From Octopus bimaculoides (lineage: Eukaryota), in the NCBI RefSeq assembly GCF_001194135.2, contig NC_068988.1, positions 16,004,885 to 16,068,884 on the forward strand: a stretch of 64,000 bases of DNA. Direction: 5' to 3'. Position 1 is the first letter of the stretch, and the number at the start of each line of letters is the position of its first letter. The position numbers and the translations under genes are program-made. Under the pieces are notes generated by a model. That model saw only the letters and a list, made by a program, of their open reading frames with translations, made no database searches and had not been told where the DNA came from. Of this stretch, positions 25,501 through 38,469 are shown piece after piece.

Positions 25501-25689
25501 GTTTCTTAAAATAACTCTGCCACTATTCTGCTTCCATTTTTCTTAAATAACTCTGTCACTATTCTACCTCCATTTTTCTTAGATAACTCTTTTCCTTTCC
25601 CTTTTTTCTTTCCTTTTTTTTTCTGTCGTCTTCCTTTTTCTATTTTTTTCTTGATGACAAGGTCTCAGGAATCTGAGTTGAGATTCTTG

Positions 25690-26040
25690 CGGAATATAGG
25701 ATGGTACTTTACAGCAGGTGGACAATGCGAGTTTCATTTCCAATTTCTTTCACTCCTTAAGGTAACATTTTCGGTGTTTTGCCAAGTGCACCAATTACTA
25801 CAGGAATAATTGGTGTCCTAGTTTACCACAGTCTCCTCAGCTAGATCGTGATATTTCTCAATTTTTTTTTCAATTTCTTTCGTATTGACCCTTCGTTGGG
25901 AATTGCAAAATCAATGATCTTACCCAGGTCGTCTATCTTGTCTATTACAATCCTATCTAGCGTTCTGGCTTCAATAGTATGGCCTGTCTTTATGGGGAAG
26001 TCACACAACATCTTGTAATTCTCATTTTCTCTCACAGTTT
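25690..26040 (-). pseudogene. R4/Dong-like restriction-like endonuclease (REL) fragment
   Basis: ENENYKMLCDFPIKTGHTIEARTLD..IDK...IIDFAIPNE and PIIPVVIGALG. Confidence 0.8.
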
Positions 26041-26204
26041 CTAGTTAATGCTCCTACCACCTTTCTGTTGTTTTAAATTCACGCATTCACCTATCTCAAA
26101 ACATTCTTTTGCCTACACAGTCATGTCTGCGCTCATACTCCTTTTGTGCTAGTATATTGTACTCATAGGAATGGTGAGTATTATTAGTATTATTATTATT
26201 GTTC

Positions 26205-27204
26205 AGTGGTTTTATTTTTATAACGTACTTTCACTTCACTACCGAGCGCAGCTCTGTGCGCCTTGGGTATGTGCTGTGGTTTGCTGTGGTGCTTTTATGT
26301 TTACTGTATTGAAAGTGTTTTGCGTAGAATGTGTGCAGTACCCAGTAGTGCAATTTTCTGTATGTTATATATATTTGTAAGTCCTGGTGTTTTTGTTATG
26401 TATTTGTCTGAATATTTTTTTTATTATACCTAAGGCACCTACTATGATAGGAATTGTTTCTGTTTTTAGATTCCACATTCGAGTTATCTCTGTTTCCAGG
26501 TCTTTATATTTTGAANNNNNNNNNNNNNNNNNNNNNNNNNNNNNNNNNNNNNNNNNNNNNNNNNNNNNNNNNNNNNNNNNNNNNNNNNNNNNNNNNNNNN
26601 NNNNNNNNNNNNNNNNNNNNNNNNNNNNNNNNNNNNNNNNNNNNNNNNNNNNNNNNNNNNNNNNNNNNNNNNNNNNNNNNNNNNNNNNNNNNNNNNNNNN
26701 NNNNNNNNNNNNNNNNNNNNNNNNNNNNNNNNNNNNNNNNNNNNNNNNNNNNNNNNNNNNNNNNNNNNNNNNNNNNNNNNNNNNNNNNNNNNNNNNNNNN
26801 NNNNNNNNNNNNNNNNNNNNNNNNNNNNNNNNNNNNNNNNNNNNNNNNNNNNNNNNNNNNNNNNNNNNNNNNGGTTTTATTTTTATAACGTACTTTCACT
26901 TCACTACCGAGCGCAGCTCTGTGCGCCTTGGGTATGTGCTGTGGTTTGCTGTGGTGCTTTTATGTTTACTGTATTGAAAGTGTTTTGCGTAGAATGTGTG
27001 CAGTACCCAGTAGTGCAATTTTCTGTATGTTATATATATTTGTAAGTCCTAGTGTTTTCGTTATGTATTTGTCTGAATATTTTTTTATTATACCTACTAA
27101 GGCACCTACTATGATAGGAATTGTTTCTGTTTTTAGATTCCACATTCGAGTTATCTCTATTTCCAGGTCTTTGTATTTTGAAAGTCTTTCCATTTCTTTT
27201 AGAG

Positions 27205-27205
<1 letters not shown>
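26205..27205 (-). mobile_element. Two near-identical ~320-bp 3' ends of an R4/Dong-like LINE flanking a gap (26205-26515, 26873-27205)
   Basis: KYKDLEIEITRMWNLKTETIPIIVGAL...IQKIALLGTAHILRKTL* is a REL C-terminus. Flanked by (ATT)n tracts. Confidence 0.85.
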
Positions 27206-27255
<50 letters not shown>

Positions 27256-27521
27256 GTTATTATTATTACTGTTGTTGTTCATTTCCATCTTCTCCTTCTC
27301 CTCCTTCTCCTCCACCCCTCATCCTCTTTCTCCTCCTCCTCTTCCTCCTCCTCATTATTATTATTATTATTATTATCAAAATAAGAGAATGAATCACCTT
27401 TAGCCGAAAGACTACTATTTGTGCTTGAAATCTTCATAGCTGATGAAATAGACTTTATTATCATTATTCTTTTACCGGATCTACCCGATTTATGTACACA
27501 CATGCGGAGTAATAAATATAG

Positions 27522-27553
<32 letters not shown>

Positions 27554-28899
27554 CTGATGATGATGCTGTGGATGAAGATAAGATCAATGTGAATATCAAT
27601 AATATTGATTTTTATTGTGGTGCAGTGTCACATATTTTTGCGAAGTGTAAAGTCAGTTAAACAGACAGCACTACTCAATCTGCATCTATTTTATTGATTG
27701 CAAAAACATGGAATGCTAAGTTGCTTTAAGCTGAATTTGGACTCAGAAATGTAAAATGTCGTAACAAATGACTAGGTTTGAAATACACACCCAGTGACTG
27801 CGTTTTGAATGCAGCCCATACAAAAGCCGATACTGAGATAGCGGAGTCGATTCCAAAGAAATTGAAGAAATTGAGAAATATCACAATCACAGTCTATCCA
27901 AAGAACTGAGAATGTGAAAGATCAAGACAATAGTTATTACTCCAGTAATTGGTGAACTTGACAAATAGTGAGAGATTATATTTACATCGAATGTAATTGG
28001 TGGTCCATTATGAAACCCCAACTTTGTTTTACTTGCTGAGTGAGAGGGAAGGGGCAGTGCCCCAGGTCTTCGGACACCATTCCCAGTTAATGAGAGTGAT
28101 GCTTTAACTCCATCTCGAAGACTTTTCAGTCAGCGCCTGCGGGTACGACATGAGCATAGAGTAAAATCCAGTGCAGACGGGAGTGGAGGGGGGGGGGGCT
28201 AGAATAGAGATTAGTGCAGGACCCGAGGGGTCTGACTAAAACAAATGTTTAAAAAGCAAGATGTAAAAACAAAATACGAAAGAAAATCAATCAAAATAAC
28301 CATAGAACAGGGAGAANNNNNNNNNNNNNNNNNNNNNNNNNNNNNNNNNNNNNNNNNNNNNNNNNNNNNNNNNNNNNNNNNNNNNNNNNNNNNNNNNNNN
28401 NNNNNNNNNNNNNNNNNNNNNNNNNNNNNNNNNNNNNNNNNNNNNNNNNNNNNNNNNNNNNNNNNNNNNNNNNNNNNNNNNNNNNNNNNNNNNNNNNNNN
28501 NNGAAAAGTGAAAACTATTTTCAGATTTTAAAGAAACCAACGAATATAAAGCAGAGGATGATGTAACAGGCGGTGGTGATGAGGTTGGGGGGAAACAACA
28601 ACTTCGTGTATTGAATTGCTGTATATTATATTGAAAATAATATTATACTATGTGGTGGTAGACCATTAGCAAGAAAGATCTGTGCGTGGGCAGTGTTTGG
28701 TGATACTGGACAAAGTGGAAGTGAAAAACTGACCGTCAAAAATTTTTTCGCGGTAAAAATCCTAAACCGCCCTTTATAAGAATGTTTTTGGCTCTTTTAT
28801 AAACGAAACAATAAAAATGTAATTGTAGAATATGCTGCTGTTAGAAAGAAACAGTCACATTGTTATTTGGTGGGGCTTTTTTTCCTCGAAGGGTATAAA

Positions 28900-29300
28900 T
28901 GCGCTTACATGACAGAACTGGGTTATTCGTACATTGATAACATTCTTACAGAAAAAGAAGTTGTGCGAACACACGCCAAAAAGCAGAATGACAACGTAAC
29001 TATACACTGGGTAATGTTGCTTGAAATAGACGAGGAGATTAAAGCAATGCGTCCAAACATTGCCAAAGGCCAACGACAAAAGAATTATCTCCTAAGCCAG
29101 TCATTAAATGTAAGAGATGACAAGATGCTTTTTCAAGAGCTAGGTAGTGTATCCCAATCTGAAAATTTGAAAACTGAAATATGTAGAATGCGAGGATTGA
29201 AAACAGAAATAATCTTTGTAGGAATAGGAAAGATTAGAGAAAATACAGACAAATACCTATATAAAGAAAACAAACAAATCCCATGGCATACATAAATACG
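28900..29300 (+). pseudogene. Heavily decayed R4/Dong-like REL fragment
   Basis: QNDNVTIHW..EIDEEIKAMRPNI and LKTEICRMRGLKTEIIFVGIG resemble the 25690-27205 fragments. Confidence 0.55.
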
Positions 29301-29710
29301 ACAGATAAAAAAAAAAACTATGTACATGTTATGTAGATTACTTTCAGTATCGTAGAAGATAACAAAAAAAAAAAACACCTACTATGCTTAAAGAACACTG
29401 GATGACCAATCAAAGCACAAACAAAAAAGAGACTAAATGAACAACAATGATTTTATACGGTTTACTTTATTTGCCTTAAGTGAAGTACGAATATAAAATA
29501 TACGTAACAGTATCAGTGACGAAACACTTATACCTGTACAAAGAAACCCATCAATTTGCAGAAAGATAATACAAAACATAACCTAAATTAGTACACACAA
29601 GTACACTTGGACAGAAACAAACACATGCGCATAGATACACGCACACACAAGCCTAAGTACAGAAGTGCCTTCATTCTCATATCTCCGTAGACATAAAAAA
29701 ATAAATACGA

Positions 29711-29749
<39 letters not shown>

Positions 29750-29863
29750 ATATATATATATATACATACATATATATTCGGTTGGTGCATTATTATTGAG
29801 GCCTTTTTCAACCCTTGTGGGTGCATTTGGTAGTCAGAAACTGAAAGAATTCCTTTGTATATA

Positions 29864-30398
29864 CAGCACGCGATGGGTAAATTGTAGCCATTTTATATGT
29901 TTAATTTCGCGCATGATCATTGCTTGTATTTGATTTTGTCGACTACACAGTAAAGTAGGAGCAGTTGGGCTCCATCTGCGAGAAAAACAGCACCATGACG
30001 CAATTCATTCTGCCAGAAAGTTTGAAACATGCTTTACTACTTGGCATTCGCACTGGAAACTCAACTCCAATACGAACATTTCAGAGTGTTTGGGTGTCAA
30101 TCTGTTGGCTTGCCGTGTCCCCAAAACATGTACCTAGAGTAATAAAAATCAAACATCCTATCAACATCATGGTGTTTGGAGTGATCACTAGTGATGGCGA
30201 CGTTATGCCTCCATTCATCTTCCCACATGGCCTCAGACTCAACACAGAAGCCTACATCAAATGCCTGGAGGGGATAGTGCTGCCTTGGGCTAAGAGGGTG
30301 ACTGCTGGAAGACACTATGTCTGGCAAAAGGACTCTGCACCATGCCAAGCAGAAGAACCCAATCATGGCTGTCAGACAAATTCTGCGATCCCATCACC
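29864..30398 (+). mobile_element. DD37D (maT/Bmmar1-like) internal-deletion derivative, copy 1
   Basis: 5' TIR CAGCACGCGATGGGTAAATTGTAGCCATTTT. Peptide KHPINIMVFGVITSDGDVMPPFIFPHGLRLNTEAYIKCL...WQKDSAPC. Confidence 0.85.
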
Positions 30399-32028
30399 CC
30401 TAGCATTTGTACAAGGTGCCATGCAGCTGGAACCGGAACCGTGTGGCTGGAAGCAAGCTTATTGCCACACAGCCACATCAGAGAATATATAGGATTTCCC
30501 CCCAAATATGGGTTACAGTATATTAGGAATGTCAGAGTATCTCAAAACTCTAACGGTCCATTTTCATCGACCCAAATGACCTCTCAGGTTTGTGATCTCT
30601 TGGAAGGTAGTGTATGCTTACCTCAATTACGTTATGACGCAGGTGTTCTCTTAAATGGTTAATATAAAAGAAAATCCTCACTTCCTACTGCTTGCTCTTA
30701 GCAAAGTAAATCGAAGACTATAACGGAAGAATGAAACAAATAATAATCACTAGAAATATTACATGAAGTTTGCACATGGCTGCTATATGCAAAATACATT
30801 AGCGCCATGAAAATATGAGAGATATGGAGAGAGAAAATTCTGATGGAATAGAAAATGTAAAGTTCGATGTATTAGGGAATATACGCGAAGTAATAACATA
30901 TGTCATAAAAAGTCCAAGGATAAGAAACTGAACGATTTAAAGAAAATGCACCAAAAAATAAAGCAAAAGTATCGACCACGCATAAAGATATAAGCAACAA
31001 CAACAACAAACCAACGGTAGCAGCTGAATAGAATCCAGCTTACCTGAAACTCATGAGGCATTACTGCACAAGAGAAACGAACAAGCATGGAGCAAAAGAT
31101 CCACAAAATGCAGAATGAAAATAACTTATCACATGACTGATGACAACTGAATGGGCAAATCTTTAGAGCAAGGTAAAAACCAAACATAGAAAGAACAGAT
31201 CGATACAACCTAAACTAGGATAAACAGTAGTTGGAATACTCAGTCACAACAAAACTATTTTCTCTCGTACTTATACATTATAAATAGAATAAAGCACATA
31301 TCACGTGAATCATACAAGATAAATAAATCATACAACGACGAAAATAAAGGAAGGGAAAACATTATCAGAACAAAATCAAATAAGATAGGTAAATAGGCAT
31401 GTCTCAATCTAGGAATTTTCAAACCTCCATGGGAAATAATAGGCAATATAATCAGGCTCTGCTAGATATTCGTTCTAGTGAAGCAAAACGGAGCTTGAAT
31501 AAGTAAAATCATTCCGTTTTTTCAAGTAGTAACGAATGTGTCGATAGAAACACGGCATAACCATGGCAAAATAAATTTCTTCTCTTCTTTGGCCCTCAAC
31601 TACTCATAGAAGAGCCGTCGTGACATACAGCACCTTGGTTATTTTGAATTCGGTGGAGCTCGTCCACATACCAGATCTGAATACAGCTAGTTACTTCCTG
31701 AGAAAAAAAAACAAAAAAAACGAGGAAGAGCCAATGTGAAAAAGTGTGAGAGCGACATAGATAGTGAAACTGATTTTGGTGGCAGAGTTCATTATTTGCC
31801 GTTTATTTGCGTTAACCTGCAATTTCTCTCCATTCTTGAATGTTTTAGTTTTGCTCTGCTTAATTATTTCACATCTCCCAATCAAAAATCTCATTTAGTG
31901 CATCACATGCCAACCATGCAACGAAGATTATCTCGGTTAAACAGGATCAAAATTAATGCATTGGATTTGGATACATAAGCAAGAAATCAAAGATTCACTC
32001 TTTAAAATGTTTCCAAATGTTTCCTTTA

Positions 32029-32191
32029 GGCGCAGGAGTGGCTGTGTGGTAATTAGCTTGCTTACCAACCACATGGTTCCGGGTTCAGTCCCACTGCGTG
32101 GCATCTTGGGCGAGTGTCTTCTACTATAGCCTCGGGCCGACCAAAGCCTTGTGAGTGGATTTGGTAGAAGGAAACTGAAAGAAGCCCGTCG
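32029..32191 (+). mobile_element. SINE family A 5' half running into (TA)n and a gap
   Basis: High similarity to 7-170. Confidence 0.9.
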
Positions 32192-32193
32192 TA

Positions 32194-32234
<41 letters not shown>

Positions 32235-32699
32235 NNNNNNNNNNNNNNNNNNNNNNNNNNNNNNNNNNNNNNNNNNNNNNNNNNNNNNNNNNNNNNNNNN
32301 NNNNNNNNNNNNNNNNNNNNNNNNNNNNNNNNNNNNNNNNNNNNNNNNNNNNNNNNNNNNNNNNNNNNNNNNNNNNNNNNNNNNNNNNNNNNNNNNNNNN
32401 NNNNNNNNNNNNNNNNNNNNNNNNNNNNNNNNNNNNNNNNNNNNNNNNNNNNNNNNNNNNNNNNNNNNNNNNNNNNNNNNNNNNNNNNNNNNNNNNNNNN
32501 NNNNNNNNNNNNNNNNNNNNNNNNNNNNNNNNNNNNNNNNNNNNNNNNNNNNNNNNNNNNNNNNNNNNNNNNNNNNNNNNNNNNNNNNNNNNNNNNNNNN
32601 NNNNNNNNNNNNNNNNNAAAGAAAGAAAGAAAGAAAAAAATGAAAGGAAAAAAATTAAATATCCGTTGGTCTCAAATACCTTTAGGAACTGACTAACAT

Positions 32700-33030
32700 G
32701 TGCGTTCCGGTTGGTGTTGGTCATCGCATCTTTTGTGTAAGCAGGTGATCTTGCTAGTGAAGGCCGATTTGTAATGAACAAAGAGGTCCTGGTAAGCTGA
32801 TGTTCTGTAGAACATCGTGTCAGTTTTTCCCTCGTCCGCGATGTTTAGCTGAAAATCAAGCAGGGGGGGGGGGACATCACTGTTTGGGTGTTTGATAGTG
32901 AAGCTAGCATTGGTCCAAATTGTTGAAATTCTCTAGTATAGTGAAGGTATCTTCATAGAATGGGGTGAGCATGAGGGTGTCATCCATATACCTGGTAAAA
33001 ATGGCGTATGAGTGGCAGGTAGGGACCGAT
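32700..33030 (-). pseudogene. Decayed Penelope-like RT fragment
   Basis: IFTRYMDDTLML (YxDD), followed by LLDFQLNI...TMFYRT...FVHYKS, the PLE thumb pattern. Confidence 0.75.
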
Positions 33031-33236
33031 GTTGCAATATTGTAAATCAGAGCCTTTGAACTAGACGTTTAAGGAGAATGTGGTAGACATTTACATATGC
33101 TGTTAATCTGAATGAACAGGTTCTCGACCACCTTTTGGAGGGAAACTCCGGCCCCTCCGGTTAAGAACCAAGTTTCTGAAGACAAGAGCTGTTAGATTAA
33201 TCGGGAACTTCACAAAACGCTTGAAGCCTAAGACTG

Positions 33237-33722
33237 CAAGCTGGCAGAATCGTTACTTCACCTGAAAAGCTTCTTAGTGACATTTCTTTCGACTTCACAT
33301 TCTGGGTTCGACTTTGCTTTTCCTCTTTTCGTCGTACCAGTTGAGTACTGGGGTCGATGTGTTTGACATGCATTCTTCCCTACAATTGCTGGCCTTGAGC
33401 CAAAATTTGAAAACAATATTACAGCTGGTACTGCAGAGAAAACAAAAATGTTACTGAATGCAGACAAAAACTGGCAGAAGAAATTGAAATTAACGTGCAA
33501 GTGGCTGAGTACTACACAGACACGTTTACCCTCAACGTAGTTCTCAGGGAGATTCGGCGTGACACAGAATGTGAAAATGGTGACTCTTTGAATTTATATG
33601 TACGCCTCATTTTTGCAAGCTGAGCGAACTGGACCAACGCGAAATAAAGTGTCTTGCCGAAGGATCTAACTCGTCGCCAGGAATCGTACTCACGACCATA
33701 TGATCTTTCGCGCACCTTCACA
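33237..33722. mobile_element. SINE family B (+, 33237-33420) and SINE family D (-, ~33490-33722)
   Basis: Family B core GACTTTGCTTTTCCTC. Family D body GCAAGTGGCTGAG...CGTAGTTCTCAG and head CCAGGAATCGTACTCACGACC. Confidence 0.75.
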
Positions 33723-33814
33723 CGGGAATATATATAAATTGCTTGTGAGTGCATTCAGTTATTTCCAATAGCAGGAAATAAAAGCATACGCTGCATATAT
33801 AAATAAGGATTATC

Positions 33815-34845
33815 TCTCTCTCACTCTCTCTCCCTCCCTTATTCTCTCTCTCTCCCTTATTCTCTCTCTCTCTCCCTTATTCTCTCCCTCCCTTATTCTC
33901 TCTCTCTCCCTCCCTCATTCTCTCTCTATCCCTTATTCTCTCTCTCNNNNNNNNNNNNNNNNNNNNNNNNNNNNNNNNNNNNNNNNNNNNNNNNNNNNNN
34001 NNNNNNNNNNNNNNNNNNNNNNNNNNNNNNNNNNNNNNNNNNNNNNNNNNNNNNNNNNNNNNNNNNNNNNNNNNNNNNNNNNNNNNNNNNNNNNNNNNNN
34101 NNNNNNNNNNNNNNNNNNNNNNNNNNNNNNNNNNNNNNNNNNNNNNNNNNNNNNNNNNNNNNNNNNNNNNNNNNNNNNNNNNNNNNNNNNNNNNNNNNNN
34201 NNNNNNNNNNNNNNNNNNNNNNNNNNNNNNNNNNNNNNNNNNNNNNNNNNNNNNNNNNNNNNNNNNNNNNNNNNNNNNNNNNNNNNNNNNNNNNNNNNNN
34301 NNNNNNNNNNNNNNNNNNNNNNNNNNNNNNNNNNNNNNNNNNNNNNNNNNNNNNNNNNNNNNNNNNNNNNNNNNNNNNNNNNNNNNNNNNNNNNNNNNNN
34401 NNNNNNNNNNNNNNNNNNNNNNNNNNNNNNNNNNNNNNNNNNNNNNNNNNNNNNNNNNNNNNNNNNNNNNNNNNNNNNNNNNNNNNNNNNNNNNNNNNNN
34501 NNNNNNNNNNNNNNNNNNNNNNNNNNNNNNNNNNNNNNNNNNNNNNNNNNNNNNNNNNNNNNNNNNNNNNNNNNNNNNNNNNNNNNNNNNNNNNNNNNNN
34601 NNNNNNNNNNNNNNNNNNNNNNNNNNNNNNNNNNNNNNNNNNNNNNNNNNNNNNNNNNNNNNNNNNNNNNNNNNNNNNNNNNNNNNNNNNNNNNNNNNNN
34701 NNNNNNNNNNNNNNNNNNNNNNNNNNNNNNNNNNNNNNNNTCTCTCTCTCTCTCTCCCTCCCTTGTTCTCTCTCTCTCTCTCCCTCCCTTGTTCTCTCTC
34801 TCTCTCTCTCCCTCCCTTCTTCTCTCTCTCTCTCTCTCTCTCTGA
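33815..34845. repeat. (CT)n compound microsatellite spanning an N gap
   Basis: CCTTATTCTCTCTC-type units on both sides of the gap. Confidence 0.9.
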
Positions 34846-37800
34846 AGTACCTTCTCACAAAGGCTTCATCAGCGAAGCAGTGACTTTGTCAGCTTGAAAT
34901 TACTTATTTAGAGTAAGAAAATAAATAATCACAAGGATTCTTTTGAACAACAAAAGTCAAAACTAATGGCAAGAATAGAAAATTCTTTAATGATAACTAC
35001 TTACGAAGAGACCGTGTAATCATTATATCTTATTTTTGATCATTTATTGTATTTTATAAAGTTCTTGATTATTTGGTTATGTTTTTCTTCAGACAGTTAA
35101 ACATCCTTTCGTTCATTTGTTTCGTTCTGAATCAATATATTTACACGTTATATTTGACAGGTGGATGTTAAGCACACAGAAGAAGGCGTGGTTATCTGCC
35201 CGTAAAAAGTAATGATGATAACACTGATGATAAATAATGATAGGTTTTCAATCTTAAGTCGAAAATCGTTTTGAATAAGTAGAACGATGTATATCTATTT
35301 GGACACCCCCGACACACACATGCTAATGGGTAGAGTGATAAATATAGCAAATATGGAGTAAATAAGGTTTATTTTAAAGTTTAGTACACTTTTTAATATG
35401 CAATATGATTACAAAGAAAACGAGTTATTTTATGGAAAAATGTATCATTCCAAATTCTCTAGGAAGCTGCAAACAAATATGAAAGGTGACTGTGATAAAA
35501 GAGATTTTTTTTATAAAGCGTTGTATTGAATCAGCTATTCACCGTCCTATATAGTGATAAGGTTATTAGCTGACAATAGAAGTGATGCTTCAGTTGATAC
35601 TGGTCATGATGAGGATGATGTTGAGCATGATATCTTATATTGGTACAAGGCAACATCTTTGAAGGAGAGATTTATAGTCGACTGAATATACCGACAGTAC
35701 ATTAGTCATAGTTTTTTTTTTATATCGATCCTGGAGATATGAAAGGTCAAGTTGACCCAAGTCAGATTTGAATTCACACAACTCTTATTCTACACAGCTG
35801 CAACAGCTGCCACGCATTTATTCTCCACAAATCACACACCACGTACTATACATAATAACTGGCAAACAACAAAACGCAAAACATCTGTCACACAACGTAT
35901 ACGAAATATATTCATCAGCCAATAAAATAACAAAACAGACATACATATTCGACGTAACAGGGGAAACACACACAAATAACATCAGAAACAACAAACAAGA
36001 TTCCATAGCAAAGAAAGTCGGCCTGTAATATGCTAACGCGTGTCTACACCTTCGAAAACGCGGTACTGCACATACCATAGAGACACTGAAGGGCACAAAT
36101 AAAATGAGATTACATAAAAAAGTATCAAGAGAAACTATAAATAAAAGAAATATTCAAAAGAAAGAAAAATTCCCGCAGAGGAGGTTAGGTTACACGTAAA
36201 AATCTCACAAAAAGAACAGTTATCTTGACCCCTAAAGCAAGCACATTCCATAAACTGTTTCCTTCCAATCTACAAGCGCAGGCTCAGTACAGACTGCTCA
36301 CTGCGACCATGCTTGTCACTCACATCTGTGTTTAAATGAATTTATTGTGAGGGGCAGTACTTCCCTCTCACATTTTCATGTTCATGCGGAATTTGAAAAG
36401 TTGAGGAGAGGTTAGCTAAAGAGAAAATGTCTGTCTTCAGTCCCTTTAGTGTCGTCCACAATGTAACCTCTTTCCCCAACGCCACCAGAGAGATATAGAA
36501 TATTTGCTCTTCCTGTCCTATGGAAGGCGGCGGAACTATCATTAAAATGGGCACAGTTGATACACAGATCCGCTTTCCTCACGATCACCTTCTGCAAACT
36601 GGGCCTTACAAATTTTCCAGTGAGCATCTTGGTGGCTCTTTACAGAGCTATGAAAATCTTAAATCTGCAGTGTAGTGATACATTAGTTGCAGATAATCCA
36701 TTGTTGTGACTTTCAGAAACACTTTTCCTTCCAGAGTCACCTAGAATCGGCCCCAATAACTCCCTCAAATGCACACTATTCATTTGCTTTCTCCTAGATT
36801 TATCAATACATCAGATAGACAATAGTTATCCTTTCATGTTATCTTCAAATCCAGCTTTCATCGATGTTGAACGCATCCTCTTTGCATTGAGCCCGAGCAA
36901 ATACATTTTTGTGACTCTTTTTCGTTTTCTTAATACACCCCTATATTTTCAGTAGCTTTCCTTCGAGCTCCATTTTCATCCTATCATAAAAAAGATATGA
37001 TAGTAATACTGCTCAAGAGTTATATGATGGCTCTGTGCTACAGGAAAAGAGCGCTAGACTTCATGATATCCTATCTCGTGGGCCTTTGTTTCAATTCTAT
37101 TTTGGTTATGAGGGGACGAATCATGACCGAAAATTTAAGTTCATATAGTTTTCTATTTACTTGCTTCGACTCGGACTACCCTAGGAGCTGTGAGCGAACT
37201 AACAGAGCAACGTATGGGCTTACTTCTGCCAACGCCAAACCTACTTTTTGTCCGTTTCTCATTTCCGTTTTTGCTCTCTGTCCTACACTGCCAATCTGAT
37301 ATATCTACCCATTGCTCTCACACCGGATCATAAAATCTGTTTCGTTTTAACATACGCCACTATTTTCTCCACGTTTCTAACTACTCTTCCTTTAATATAG
37401 AAATAAAATATCATTCACATCCATCTTTTTCATATAAATATTTGTTTTAGTGATACCTTTTCTTCGTGTTAAAGGTGGGGTAGGATACTACAAATGCAAC
37501 CACCACAGGAAAACTAGTTTGGCGTCCTATATATTTGGTGCTCAGTGTAATGGACAATGTTTCCAAATAGTTTGCTACTCACGTTGTTGCCTGATGAAGC
37601 AAAACTATATTGACAAGCAAATGTTGATGTGAAATAATCGGTGCCATATTAATTAAAAATTGGCAAGAATGCAATTTTCTAAATTCATTTACACTCGCAG
37701 GAGAAGCAGTCGAAGGTATTCTATACATCTTTGATATTTGCTACCTGCTGTGTTTATCAAATGATGTGCCAAACTGAATTGACTGGTTTCTCAAAGCCGC

Positions 37801-38469
37801 TTGTTACGATACAAAGTGTTAGTAACTAATTATTAATAATTAAAACTGTGCAGAGGTTTTTGTTGTAAAATGCAATTAGAAGACAAAGACAGAAACAAAA
37901 CAAAACAACATATTTAATAGCTTCAAATTCATTATAAATTGCATACTTCTATGTCAAAGACCTTATAACTATCAGCAATGCAAAATCGAATTACATTGAC
38001 AGGTGTGGTTCACATAAATCATTTCTCTTTAGTTATGTTTCATAGAGGAAGGGCAGAATCCATAGTATTTAACATTCCTTTAGGCCTAGAGATAACGAAA
38101 ATTGCATAAGGTTAATGCAGTTAATGTTTAGTTCGAATTATTGTATGTTAGAGGTTATACATAAAATATGGTGTAAAAGACACAAAAGAAACAAAGAGAA
38201 ATTGATAGAAAGATAGTCAGGCAGAGAGAAAGGGAGAGAGACACAAAAGGAATGCTGGTGGAGGTTTCAGATTTCAAAACTTGCATTTCCGGTTGATTAG
38301 TTAATGGGTGTTAATTTTACATCTCTTAATCATTAGATGCTTCTAGTTTACAGTAATCCTTTGGTATTTTCAATACGTTCAGGTACTCAAAACACCGGTT
38401 ATAAGGATAGCAAAAACGATCATAATGTTTTCTTTATATTTTTATTTTGTTTTATTAGTTTCGATTCAA

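Larger units (their letters stand above)
24121..25652 (-). mobile_element. 5'-truncated Penelope-like element with 3' pLTR and inverted pLTR piece at the 5' junction
   Basis: RT thumb plus GIY-YIG coding region; 25591-25652 is the reverse complement of 24361-24420. Confidence 0.9.

Noticed and set aside
36342-36660. Moderately GC-rich segment with open frames on both strands
   Set aside because: No recognisable homology and internal stops; I cannot choose a frame or strand.
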